A stretch of DNA of 64,000 bases, taken from contig OZ024744.1 in assembly GCA_964016885.1 (NCBI GenBank), positions 129,580,001 through 129,644,000 of the forward strand. The letters run 5' to 3'. The notes below the pieces were generated by a model. It saw only the letters and a program-made list of their open reading frames with translations. It did no database searches and was not told the origin of the DNA. The stretch is from Eledone cirrhosa. Lineage: Eukaryota. Position numbers and translations under genes: made by a program. This document shows positions 48,201-60,400 of this stretch, in pieces; the stretch's first letter is position 1; every line of letters begins with the position of its first letter.

Positions 48201-51200
48201 AGTTAAGTTGGGGTTAAGTTAAGTTGGGGTTAAGTTAAGTTGGGGTTAAGTTAAGTTGCGGTTAAGTTAAGTTGATGTTAAGTTAAGTTGGGGTTAATTT
48301 AAGTTGGGGTTAAGTTAAGTTGGGGCTAAGTTAAGTTGGAGCTAAGTTAAGTTGGGGCTAAGTTAAGTTGGGGTTAAGTTAAGTTGGGGTTAAGTTAAGG
48401 TGGGGTTAAGTTAAGTTGGGGTCAACTTAAGTTGGGGTTAAGTTAAGTTGGGGTTAACTTAAGTTGGGGTTAAGTTAAGTTGGGGTTAAGTTAAGTTGGG
48501 GTTAAGTTAAGTTGGGGTTACGTTAAGTTGGGGGTAAGTTAAGTTGGTGGTAAGTTAAGTTGGGGGTAAGTTAAGATGGGGTTAAGTTAAGTGGTGGTTA
48601 TGTTAAGTTGGGGTTAAGTTAAGTTGGGGTTAATTTAAATTGGCGTTAATTTAAATTTGTTGTTAAGTTAAGTTGGGGTTAATTTAAGTTGGGGTTATGT
48701 TAAGTTGGGGTTGAGTGAAGTTGGGGTTAAGTTAAGTTGGGGTTAAGTTAAGTTGGGGTTGAGTTAAGTTGGGGTTAATTTAAGTTGGGGCTAAGTTAAT
48801 TTGGGGTTCAGTTAAGTTGGGGTTAAATTAAGTTGGGGTTAAGTTAAGTTGGGGTTAAATTAAGTTGGGGTTAAGTTAAGTTGGGGTTAAGTTAAGTTGG
48901 GGTTAAGTTAATTTGGGGTTAAGTGATGTTAGGGGCAAGTTAAGTTGGGGTTGAGTTAAGTTGGGGGTAAGTTAGGTTGGGGTTATGTTAAGTTGGGGTT
49001 ACGTTAAGTTGGGTTTAAGTTAAGTTGGGGTTAAGTTAAGTTGGGGTTAAGTTAAGTTGGGGTTAATTTAAGTTGGGGTTAAGTTAAGTTGGGATTAATT
49101 TAAGTTGGGGTTAAGTTAAGTTAGGGTTAAGTTAAGTTGGGGTTAAATTAAGTTGGGGTTAAGTTAAGTTGGGGTTAAGTTAAGTTGGGGTTAAGTTAAT
49201 TTGGGGTTAAGTGAAGTTAGGGTTAAGTTAAGTTGGGGCTGAGTTAAGTTGGGGGTAAGTTAAGTTGGGGTTATGTTAAGTTGGGGTTAAGTTAAGTTGG
49301 GGTTAAGTTAAGTTGGGGTTCAGTTAAGTTGCGGTTAAGTTAAGTTGGGGTTAAGTTAAGTTGGGGTTAAGTTAAGTTGGGGTTAATTTAAGTTGGGGTT
49401 AAGTTAAGTTGGGGTTAAGTTAATTTGTGGTTAAGTTAAGTTGGGGTTAAGTTAAGTTGGGGTTAAATTCAGTCGGGGTTAAGTTAAGTCGGGGTTAAGT
49501 TACGTTGGGGTTAAGTTAAGTTGGGGTTAAGTTAAGTTGGGGTTGAGTTAAGTTGGGGTTAAGTTAAGTTGGGGTTAAGTTAAGTTGGGGTTAAGTTAAG
49601 TTGGGGTTAAGTTAAGTTGGGGTTAAGTTAAGTTGGGATTAATTTAAGTTGGGGTTAATTTAAGTTGGGGTTAAGTTAAGTTGGGGTTAAGTTAAGTTGG
49701 GGTAAAGTTAAGTTGGGGGTAAGTTAAGTTGGGGTTAAGTTAAGTTGGGGTTAAGTTGGGGTTAAGTTAAGTTAGGGTTAACTTAAGTTGGGGTTGTGTT
49801 AAGTGGTGGTTATGTTAAGTGGTGGTTATGTTAAGTTGGGGTTAAGTTAAGTTGGGGTTAAGTTAAGTTGGGGTTAAGTTAAGTTGGGGTTAAGTTAATT
49901 AGGGTTAAGTTAAGTTGGGTTTAAGTTAAGTTGGGGTTAAGTTAATTTGTGGTTAAGTTAAGTTGGGGTTAAGTTAAGTTGGGGTTAAGTTAAGTTGGGG
50001 ATAAGTTAAGTTGGGGATAAGTTAAGTTGGGGTTAATTAAGTTGGGTTTAAGTTAAGTTGGGGTTAAGTTAAGTTGGGGTTAAGTTAAGTTGGGGTTAAG
50101 TTAAGTTGGTTAGTTAAGTTGAGTTTAAGTTAAGTTGGGGTTAATTTAAGTTGGGGTTCAGTTAAGTTGGGGTTAAGTTAAGTTGGGGTTAAGTTGGGGT
50201 AAAATTAAGTTGGGGTTAAGTTAAGTTGGGGTTAAGTTAAGTTGCGGTTAAGTTAAGTTGCCGTTAAGTTAAGTTGAGGTTAAGTTAAGTTGGGGTTAAG
50301 TTAAGTTGGGGTTAAGTTAAGTTGGGGCTAAGTTAAGTTGGGGCTAAGTTAAGTTGGGGCTGAGTTAAGTTGGGGTTAAGTTAACTTTGGGTTAAGTTAA
50401 GTTGGGTTTGAGTTAAGTTGGGGTTAATTAAGTTGGGGTTAAGTTAAGTTGGGGTTAAGTTAAGTTGGGGTTAAGTTGGGGTTAAGTTAAGTTGCGGTTA
50501 AGTTAAGTTGATGTTAAGTTAAGTTGGGGTTAAGTTAAGTTGGGGTTAAGTTAAGTTGGGGCTAAGTTAAGTTGGAGCTAAGTTAAGTTGGGGCTAGGTT
50601 AAGTTGGGGTTAAGTTAAGTTGGGGTTAAGTTAAGGTGGGGTTAAGTTAAGTTGGGGTCAACTTAAGTTGGGGTTAAGTTAAGTTGGGGTTAACTTAAGT
50701 TGGGGTTAAGTTAAGTTGGGGTTAAGTTAAGTTGGGGTTAAGTTAAGTTGGGGTTACGTTAAGTTGGGGGTAAGTCAAGTTGGTGGTAAGTTAAGTTGGG
50801 GGTAAGTTAAGATGGGGTTAAGTTAAGTTGGGGTTAATTTAATTTGGGGTTAAGTTAAGTTAGGGTTAAGTTAAGTTGGGGTTGAGTTAAGTTGGGGTTA
50901 AGTTAAGTTGGGGTTATGTTAAGTTGGGGTTAAGTTAAGTTGGGGTTAAGTTAAGTTGGGGTTCAATTAAGTTGCGGATAATTTAAGTTGGGGTTAAGTT
51001 AAGTTGGGGTTAAATTAAGTTGGGGTTAAGTTAAGTTGGGGTTATGTTAAGTTGGTGTTAAGTTAAGTTGGGGTTAAGTTAAGTTGGGGTTAAGTTAGGT
51101 TGGTGTTAATTTAAGTTGGGGGTAAGTTAAGTTGGGGGTAAGTTAAGTTGGTGTTAAGTTAAGTTGGGGTTAAGTTAAGTTGGGGTTAAGTTAAGTTGGG

Positions 51201-54200
51201 TTTAAGTTAAGTTGGGGCTAAGTTAAGTTAGGGCTAAGTTAAGTTGGGGTTAAGTAAAGTTAGGGCTAAGTTAAGTTGGGGTTAAGTTAAGTTGGGGTTA
51301 ATTTAAGTTGGGGTTACATTAAGTTGATGTTAAGTTAAGTTGGGGTTAAGTTAAGTTGGGGTTAAGTTAAGTTGGGGTTAAATTAAGTTGGGGTTAAATT
51401 AAGTTGGGGTTAAGTTAAGTTGGGGTTAAGTTAGGTTGGTGTTAAGTTAAGTTGGGGTTAAGTTAATTTGTGGTTAAGTTAAGTTGGAGTTAAGTTAAGT
51501 TGGGGTTAAGTTCAGTCGGGGTTAAATTAAGTCGGGGTTAAGTTAAGTTGGGGTTAAGTTAAGTTGCGGTTAAGTTAAGTTGGGGTTAAGTTAAGTTGGG
51601 GTTAAGTTAAGTTGGGGTTAAGTTAGGTTGGTGTTAAGTTAAGTTGGTGTTAAGTTAATTTGTGGTTAAGTTAAGTTGGGGTTACATTAAGTTGAGGTTA
51701 AGTTAAGTTGTGGTTAAGTTAAGTTAGGGTTAATTTAAGTTAGGGTTATGTTAAGTTGGGGTTAAGTTAAGTTGGAGTTAAGTCAGGTTGGTGTTAAGTT
51801 AAGTTGGGGTTAAGTTAATTTGTGGTTAAGTTAAGTTGGGGTTAAGTTAAGTTGGGGTTAAGTTCAGTCGGGGTTAAGTTAAGTCGGGGTTAAGTTAAGT
51901 TGGGGTTAAGTTAAGTTGGGGTTAAGTTAAGTTGGGGTTAAGTAAAGTTGGGGTTAAGTTAAGTCGGGGTTAAGTTAAGTTAGGGTTAAGTTAAGTTGGG
52001 GTTAATTTTAGTTGGGGTTAAGTTAAGTTGGGGTTAAGTTAAGTTGGGGTTAAGTTAAGTTGAGGTTAAAGTTAAGTAGGGGTTAAATTATGTTGGGGTT
52101 AAGTTAAGTTGGGGTTAAGTTAAGTTGGGGTTAAGTTAAGTTGGGGATAAGTTAAGTTGGGGATAAGTTAAGTTGGGGTTAATTAAGTTGGTTTTAAGTT
52201 AAGTTGGGGTTAAGTTAAGTTGGGGTTAAGTTAAGTTGGGGTTAAGTTAAGTTGGTTAGTTAAGTTGAGTTTAAGTTAAGTTGGGCTTAATTTAAGTTGG
52301 GGTTAAGTTAGGTTGGGGTTAGGTTAAGTTGGGGTTAAGTTAAGTTGGGGTTAAGTTAAGTTGGGGTTCAGTCAAGTTGGGGTTAAGTTAAGTTGGGGTT
52401 AAGTTGGGGTAAAATTAAGTTGGGGTTAAGTTAAGTTGGGGTTAAGTTAAGTTGGGGTTAAGTTAAGTTGGGGTTAAGTTAAGTTGCGGTTAAGTTAAGT
52501 TGAGGTTAAGTTAAGTTGGGGTTAAGTTAAGTTTGGGTTAATTTAAGTTGGGGCTAAGTTAAGTTGGGGCTAAGTTAAGTTGGGGCTAAGTTAAGTTGGG
52601 GTTAAGTTAACTTTGGGTTAAGTTAAGTTGGGTTTGAGTTAAGTTGGGGTTAATTAAGTTGGGGTTAAGTTAAGTTGGGGTTAAGTTAAGTTGGGGTTAA
52701 GTTAAGTTGGTGTTAAGTTAAGTTGCGGTTAAGTTAAGTTGATGTTAAGTTAAGTTGGGGTTAAGTTAAGTTGGGGTTAAGTTAAGTTGGGGCTAAGTTA
52801 AGTTGGGGCTAAGTTAAGTTGGGGCTAAGTTAAGTTGGGGTTAAGTTAAGGTGGGGTTAAGTTAAGTTGGGGTCAACTTAAGTTGGGGTTAAGTTAAGTT
52901 GGGGTTAAGTTAAGTTGGGGTTAAGTTAAGTTGGGGTTAAGTTAAGTTGGGGTTACGTTAAGTTGGGGGTAAGTTAAGTTGGTGGTAAGTTAAGTTGGGG
53001 GTAAGTTAAGACGGGGTTAAGTTAAGTTGGGGTTAATTTAATTTGGGGTTAAGTTAAGTTAGGGTTAAGTTAAGTTGGGGTTATGTTAAGTTGGGGTTAA
53101 GTTAAGTTGGGGTTAAGTTAAGTTGGGGTTCAATTAAGTTGCGGTTAATTTAAGTTGGGTTTAAGTTAAGTTGGGGTTAAGTTAAGTTGGGGTTATGTTA
53201 AGTTGGTGTTAAGTTAAGTTGGGGTTAAGTTAAGTTGGGGTTAAGTTAAGTTGGGGTTAAGTTAGGTTGGTGTTAAGTTAAGTTGGCGGTAAGTTAAGTT
53301 GGGGGTAAGTTAAGTTGGTGTTAAGTTATGTTGGGGTTAAGTTAAGTTGGGGTTAAGTTAAGTTGGGTTTAAGTTAAGTTGGGGCTAAGTTAAGTTAGGG
53401 CTAAGTTAAGTTGGGGTTAAGTAAAGTTAGGGCTAAGTTAAGTTGGGGTTAAGTTAAGTTGGGGTTAAGTTAAGTTGGGGTTACATTAAGTTGAGGTTAA
53501 GTTAAGTTGGGGTTAAGTTGGGGTAAAATTAAGTTGGGGTTAAGTTAAGTTGGGGTTAAGTTAAGTTGCGGTTAAGTTAAGTTGCCGTTAAGTTAAGTTG
53601 AGGTTAAGTTAAGTTGGGGTTAAGTTAAGTTGGGGTTAAGTTAAGTTGGGGCTAAGTTAAGTTGGGGCTAAGTTAAGTTGGGGCTGAGTTAAGTTGGGGT
53701 TAAGTTAACTTTGGGTTAAGTTAAGTTGGGTTTGAGTTAAGTTGGGGTTAATTAAGTTGGGGTTAAGTTAAGTTGGGGTTAAGTTGGGGTTAAGTTAAGT
53801 TGCGGTTAAGTTAAGTTGATGTTAAGTTAAGTTGGGGTTAAGTTAAGTTGGGGCTAAGTTAAGTTGGAGCTAAGTTAAGTTGGGGCTAGGTTAAGTTGGG
53901 GTTAAGTTAAGTTGGGGTTAAGTTAAGGTGGGGTTAAGTTAAGTTGGGGTCAACTTAAGTTGGGGTTAAGTTAAGTTGGGGTTAACTTAAGTTGGGGTTA
54001 AGTTAAGTTGGGGTTAAGTTAAGTTGGGGTTAAGTTAAGTTGGGGTTACGTTAAGTTGGGGGTAAGTCAAGTTGGTGGTAAGCTAAGTTGGGGGTAAGTT
54101 AAGATGGGGTTAAGTTAAGTTGGGTTTAATTTAATTTGGGGTTAAGTTAAGTTAGGGTTAAGTTAAGTTGGGGTTGAGTTAAGTTGGGGTTAAGTTAAGT

Positions 54201-54430
54201 TGGGGTTATGTTAAGTTGGGGTTAAGTTAAGTTGGGGTTAAGTTAAGTTGGGGTTCAATTAAGTTGCGGATAATTTAAGTTGGGGTTAAGTTAAGTTGGG
54301 GTTAAATTAAGTTGGGGTTAAGTTAAGGTGGGGTTAAGTTAAGTTGGGGTCAACTTAAGTTGGGGTTAAGTTAAGTTGGGGTTAACTTAAGTTGGGGTTA
54401 AGTTAAGTTGGGGTTAAGTTAAGTTGGGGT
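39241..54430 (+). repeat. ~15.2-kb higher-order tandem duplication, copy B (boundaries approximate)
   Basis: Shares rare markers with copy A: TTAGGGGCAA (33701/48929) and AAGACGGGG (~37796/~53008). Confidence 0.9.
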
Positions 54431-57400
54431 TAAGTTAAGTTGGGGTTACGTTAAGTTGGGGGTAAGTCAAGTTGGTGGTAAGCTAAGTTGGGGGTAAGTT
54501 AAGATGGGGTTAAGTTAAGTTGGGTTTAATTTAATTTGGGGTTAAGTTAAGTTAGGGTTAAGTTAAGTTGGGGTTGAGTTAAGTTGGGGTTAAGTTAAGT
54601 TGGGGTTAAGTTAAGTTGGGGTTAAGTTAAGTTGGGGTTAAGTTAAGTTGGGGTTAAGTTAAGTTGGGGTTAAGTTAAGTTGGGATTAATTTAAGTTGGG
54701 GTTAATTTAAGTTGGGGTTAAGTTAAGTTGGGGTTAAGTTAAGTTGGTGTAAAGTTAAGTTGGGGGTAAGTTAAGTTGGGGTTAAGTTAAGTTGGGGTTA
54801 AGTTGGGGTTAAGTTAAGTTAGGGTTAACTTAAGTTGGGGTTGTGTTAAGTGGTGGTTATGTTAAGTGGTGGTTATGTTAAGTTGGGGTTAAGTTAAGTT
54901 GGGGTTAAGTTAAGTTGGGGTTAAGTTAAGTTGGGGTTAAGTTAATTAGGGTTAAGTTAAGTTGGGTTTAAGTTAAGTTGGGGTTAAGTTAATTTGTGGT
55001 TAAGTTAAGTTGGGGTTAAGTTAAGTTGGGGTTAAGTTAAGTTGGGGATAAGTTAAGTTGGGGATAAGTTAAGTTGGGGTTAATTAAGTTGGGTTTAAGT
55101 TAAGTTGGGGTTAAGTTAAGTTGGGGTTAAGTTAAGTTGGGGTTAAGTTAAGTTGGTTAGTTAAGTTGAGTTTAAGTTAAGTTGGGGTTAATTTAAGTTG
55201 GGGTTAAGTTAAGTTGGGGTTAAGTTAAGTTGGGGTTAAGTTAAGTTGGGGTTCAGTTAAGTTGGGGTTAAGTTAAGTTGGGGTTAAGTTGGGGTAAAAT
55301 TAAGTTGGGGTTAAGTTAAGTTGGGGTTAAGTTAAGTTGCGGTTAAGTTAAGTTGCCGTTAAGTTAAGTTGAGGTTAAGTTAAGTTGGGGTTAAGTTAAG
55401 TTGGGGTTAAGTTAAGTTGGGGCTAAGTTAAGTTGGGGCTAAGTTAAGTTGGGGCTGAGTTAAGTTGGGGTTAAGTTAACTTTGGGTTAAGTTAAGTTGG
55501 GTTTGAGTTAAGTTGGGGTTAATTAAGTTGGGGTTAAGTTAAGTTGGGGTTAAGTTGGGGTTAAGTTAAGTTGCGGTTAAGTTAAGTTGATGTTAAGTTA
55601 AGTTGGGGTTAAGTTAAGTTGGGGTTAAGTTAAGTTGGGGCTAAGTTAAGTTGGAGCTAAGTTAAGTTGGGGCTAGGTTAAGTTGGGGTTAAGTTAAGTT
55701 GGGGTTAAGTTAAGGTGGGGTTAAGTTAAGTTGGGGTCAACTTAAGTTGGGGTTAAGTTAAGTTGGGGTTAACTTAAGTTGGGGTTAAGTTAAGTTGGGG
55801 TTAAGTTAAGTTGGGGTTAAGTTAAGTTGGGGTTACGTTAAGTTGGGGGTAAGTCAAGTTGGTGGTAAGTTAAGTTGGGGGTAAGTTAAGATGGGGTTAA
55901 GTTAAGTTGGGGTTAATTTAATTTGGGGTTAAGTTAAGTTAGGGTTAAGTTAAGTTGAGGTTGAGTTAAGTTGGGGTTAAGTTAAGTTGGGGTTATGTTA
56001 AGTTGGGGTTAAGTTAAGTTGGGGTTAAGTTAAGTTGGGGTTCAATTAAGTTGCGGATAATTTAAGTTGGGGTTAAGTTAAGTTGGGGTTAAATTAAGTT
56101 GGGGTTAAGTTAAGTTGGGGTTATGTTAAGTTGGTGTTAAGTTAAGTTGGGGTTAAGTTAAGTTGGGGTTAAGTTAGGTTGGTGTTAATTTAAGTTGGGG
56201 GTAAGTTAAGTTGGGGGTAAGTTAAGTTGGTGTTAAGTTAAGTTGGGGTTAAGTTAAGTTGGGGTTAAGTTAAGTTGGGTTTAAGTTAAGTTGGGGCTAA
56301 GTTAAGTTAGGGCTAAGTTAAGTTGGGGTTAAGTAAAGTTAGGGCTAAGTTAAGTTGGGGTTAAGTTAAGTTGGGGTTAATTTAAGTTGGGGTTACATTA
56401 AGTTGATGTTAAGTTAAGTTGGGGTTAAGTTAGGTTGGTGTTAAGTTAAGTTGGGGTTAAGTTAATTTGTGGTTAAGTTAAGTTGGAGTTAAGTTAAGTT
56501 GGGGTTAAGTTCAGTCGGGGTTAAGTTAAGTCGGGGTTAAGTTAAGTTGGGGTTAAGTTAAGTTGCGGTTAAGTTAAGTTGGGGTTAAGTTAAGTTGGGG
56601 TTAAGTTAAGTTGGGGTTAAGTTAGGTTGGTGTTAAGTTAAGTTGGTGTTAAGTTAATTTGTGGTTAAGTTAAGTTGGGGTTACATTAAGTTGAGGTTAA
56701 GTTAAGTTGTGGTTAAGTTAAGTTAGGGTTAATTTAAGTTAGGGTTATGTTAAGTTGGGGTTAAGTTAAGTTGGAGTTAAGTCAGGTTGGTGTTAAGTTA
56801 AGTTGGGGTTAAGTTAATTTGTGGTTAAGTTAAGTTGGGGTTAAGTTAAGTTGGGGTTAAGTTCAGTCGGGGTTAAGTTAAGTCGGGGTTAAGTTAAGTT
56901 GGGGTTAAGTTAAGTTGGGGTTAAGTTAAGTTGGGGTTAAGTAAAGTTGGGGTTAAGTTAAGTCGGGGTTAAGTTAAGTTAGGGTTAAGTTAAGTTGGGG
57001 TTAATTTAAGTTGGGGTTAAGTTAAGTTGGGGTTAAGTTAAGTTGGGGTTAAGTTAAGTTGAGGTTAAAGTTAAGTAGGGGTTAAATTATGTTGGGGTTA
57101 AGTTAAGTTGGGGTTAAGTTAAGTTGGGGTTAAGTTAAGTTGGGGATAAGTTAAGTTGGGGATAAGTTAAGTTGGGGTTAATTAAGTTGGTTTTAAGTTA
57201 AGTTGGGGTTAAGTTAAGTTGGGGTTAAGTTAAGTTGGGGTTAAGTTAAGTTGGTTAGTTAAGTTGAGTTTAAGTTAAGTTGGGCTTAATTTAAGTTGGG
57301 GTTAAGTTAAGTTGGGGTTAGGTTAAGTTGGGGTTAAGTTAAGTTGGGGTTAAGTTAAGTTGGGGTTCAGTCAAGTTGGGGTTAAGTTAAGTTGGGATTA

Positions 57401-60400
57401 AGTTGGGGTAAAATTAAGATGGGGTTAAGTTAAGTTGGGGTTAAGTTAAGTTGGGGTTAAGTTAAGTTGGGGTTAAGTTAAGTTGCGGTTAAGTTAAGTT
57501 GAGGTTAAGTTAAGTTGGGGTTAAGTTAAGTTTGGGTTAATTTAAGTTGGGGCTAAGTTAAGTTGGGGCTAAGTTAAGTTGGGGCTAAGTTAAGTTGGGG
57601 TTAAGTTAACTTTGGGTTAAGTTAAGTTGGGTTTGAGTTAAGTTGGGGTTAATTAAGTTGGGGTTAAGTTAAGTTGGGGTTAAGTTAAGTTGGGGTTAAG
57701 TTAAGTTGGTGTTAAGTTAAGTTGCGGTTAAGTTAAGTTGATGTTAAGTTAAGTTGGGGTTAAGTTAAGTTGGGGTTAAGTTAAGTTGGGGCTAAGTTAA
57801 GTTGGGGCTAAGTTAAGTTGGGGCTAAGTTAAGTTGGGGTTAAGTTAAGGTGGGATTAAGTTAAGTTGGGGTCAACTTAAGTTGGGGTTAAGTTAAGTTG
57901 GGGTTAAGTTAAGTTGGGGTTAAGTTAAGTTGGGGTTAAGTTAAGTTGGGGTTACGTTAAGTTGGGGGTAAGTTAAGTTGGTGGTAAGTTAAGTTGGGGG
58001 TAAGTTAAGATGGGGTTAAGTTAAGTTGGGGTTAATTTAATTTGGGGTTAAGTTAAGTTAGGGTTAAGTTAAGTTGGGGTTATGTTAAGTTGGGGTTAAG
58101 TTAAGTTGGGGTTAAGTTAAGTTGGGGTTCAATTAAGTTGCAGTTAATTTAAGTTGGGTTTAAGTTAAGTTGGGGTTAAGTTAAGTTGGGGTTATGTTAA
58201 GTTGGTGTTAAGTTAAGTTGGGGTTAAGTTAAGTTGGGGTTAAGTTAAGTTGGGGTTAAGTTAGGTTGGTGTTAAGTTAAGTTGGCGGTAAGTTAAGTTG
58301 GGGGTAAGTTAAGTTGGTGTTAAGTTATGTTGGGGTTAAGTTAAGTTGGGGTTAAGTTAAGTTGGGTTTAAGTTAAGTTGGGGCTAAGTTAAGTTAGGGC
58401 TAAGTTAAGTTGGGGTTAAGTAAAGTTAGGGCTAAGTTAAGTTGGGGTTAAGTTAAGTTGGGGTTAAGTTAAGTTGGGGTTACATTAAGTTGAGGTTAAG
58501 TTAAGTTGGGGTTAAGTTGGGGTAAAATTAAGTTGGGGTTAAGTTAAGTTGGGGTTAAGTTAAGTTGCGGTTAAGTTAAGTTGCCGTTAAGTTAAGTTGA
58601 GGTTAAGTTAAGTTGGGGTTAAGTTAAGTTGGGGTTAAGTTAAGTTGGGGCTAAGTTAAGTTGGGGCTAAGTTAAGTTGGGGCTGAGTTAAGTTCGGGTT
58701 AAGTTAACTTTGGGTTAAGTTAAGTTGGGTTTGAGTTAAGTTGGGGTTAATTAAGTTGGGGTTAAGTTAAGTTGGGGTTAAGTTGGGGTTAAGTTAAGTT
58801 GCGGTTAAGTTAAGTTGATGTTAAGTTAAGTTGGGGTTAAGTTAAGTTGGGGCTAAGTTAAGTTGCAGCTAAGTTAAGTTGGGGCTAGGTTAAGTTGGGG
58901 TTAAGTTAAGTTGGGGTTAAGTTAAGGTGGGGTTAAGTTAAGTTGGGGTCAACTTAAGTTGGGGTTAAGTTAAGTTGGGGTTAACTTAAGTTGGGGTTAA
59001 GTTAAGTTGGGGTTAAGTTAAGTTGGGGTTAAGTTAAGTTGGGGTTACGTTAAGTTGGGGGTAAGTCAAGTTGGTGGTAAGCTAAGTTGGGGGTAAGTTA
59101 AGATGGGGTTAAGTTAAGTTGGGTTTAATTTAATTTGGGGTTAAGTTAAGTTAGGGTTAAGTTAAGTTGGGGTTGAGTTAAGTTGGGGTTAAGTTAAGTT
59201 GGGGTTATGTTAAGTTGGGGTTAAGTTAAGTTGGGGTTAAGTTAAGTTGGGGTTCAATTAAGTTGCGGATAATTTAAGTTAGGGTTAAGTTAAGTTGGGG
59301 TTAAATTAAGTTGGGGTTAAGTTAAGTTGGGGTTATGTTAAGTTGGTGTTAAGTTAAGTTGGGGTTAAGTTAAGTTGGGGTTAAGTTAGGTTGGTGTTAA
59401 TTTAAGTTGGGTGTAAGTTAAGTTGGGGGTAAGTTAAGTTGGTGTTAAGTTAAGTTGGGGTTAAGTTAAGTTGGGGTTAAGTTAAGTTGGGTTTAAGTTA
59501 AGTTGGGGCTAAGTTAAGTTAGGGCTAAGTTAAGTTGGGGTTAAGTAAAGTTAGGGCTAAGTTAAGTTGGGGTTAAGTTAAGTTGGGGTTAATTTAAGTT
59601 GGGGTTACATTAAGTTGATGTTAAGTTAAGTTGGGGTTAAGTTAAGTTGGGGTTAAGTTAAGTTGGGGTTAAATTAAGTTGGGGTTAAATTAAGTTGGGG
59701 TTAAGTTAAGTTGGGTTAAGTTAGGTTGGTGTTAAGTTAAGTTGGGGTTAAGTTAATTTGTGGTTAAGTTAAGTTGGGGTTAAGTTAAGTTGGGGTTAAG
59801 TTCAGTCGGGGTTAAGTTAAGTCGGGGTTAAGTTAAGTTGGGGTTAAGTTAAGTTGCGGTTAAGTTAAGTTGGGGTTAAGTTAAGTTGGGGTTAAGTTAA
59901 TTAAGGTTAAGTTAAGTTGGGGTTAAGTTAAGTTGGGGTTAAGTTAAGTTGGGGTTAAGTTAGGTTGGTGTTAAGTTAAGTTGGGGTTAAGTTAATTTGT
60001 GGTTAAGTTAAGTTGGGGTTACATTAAGTTGAGGTTAAGTTAAGTTGTGGTTAAGTTAAGTTAGGGTTAATTTAAGTTAGGGTTATGTTAAGTTGGGGTT
60101 AAGTTAAATTGGAGTTAAGTTAGGTTGGTGTTAAGTTAAGTTGGGGTTAAGTTAATTTGTGGTTAAGTTAAGTTGGGGTTAAGTTAAGTTGGGGTTAAGT
60201 TCAGTCGGGGTTAAGTTAAGTCGGGGTTAAGTTAAGTTGGGGTTAAGTTAAGTTGAGGTTAAAGTTAAGTAGGGGTTAAATTACGTTGGGGTTAAGTTAA
60301 GTTGGGGTTAAGTTAAGTTGGGGTTAAGTTAAGTTGGGGTTAAGTTAAGTTGGGGCTAAGTTAAGTTGGGGCTAAGTTAAGTTGGGGCTAAGTTAAGTTG

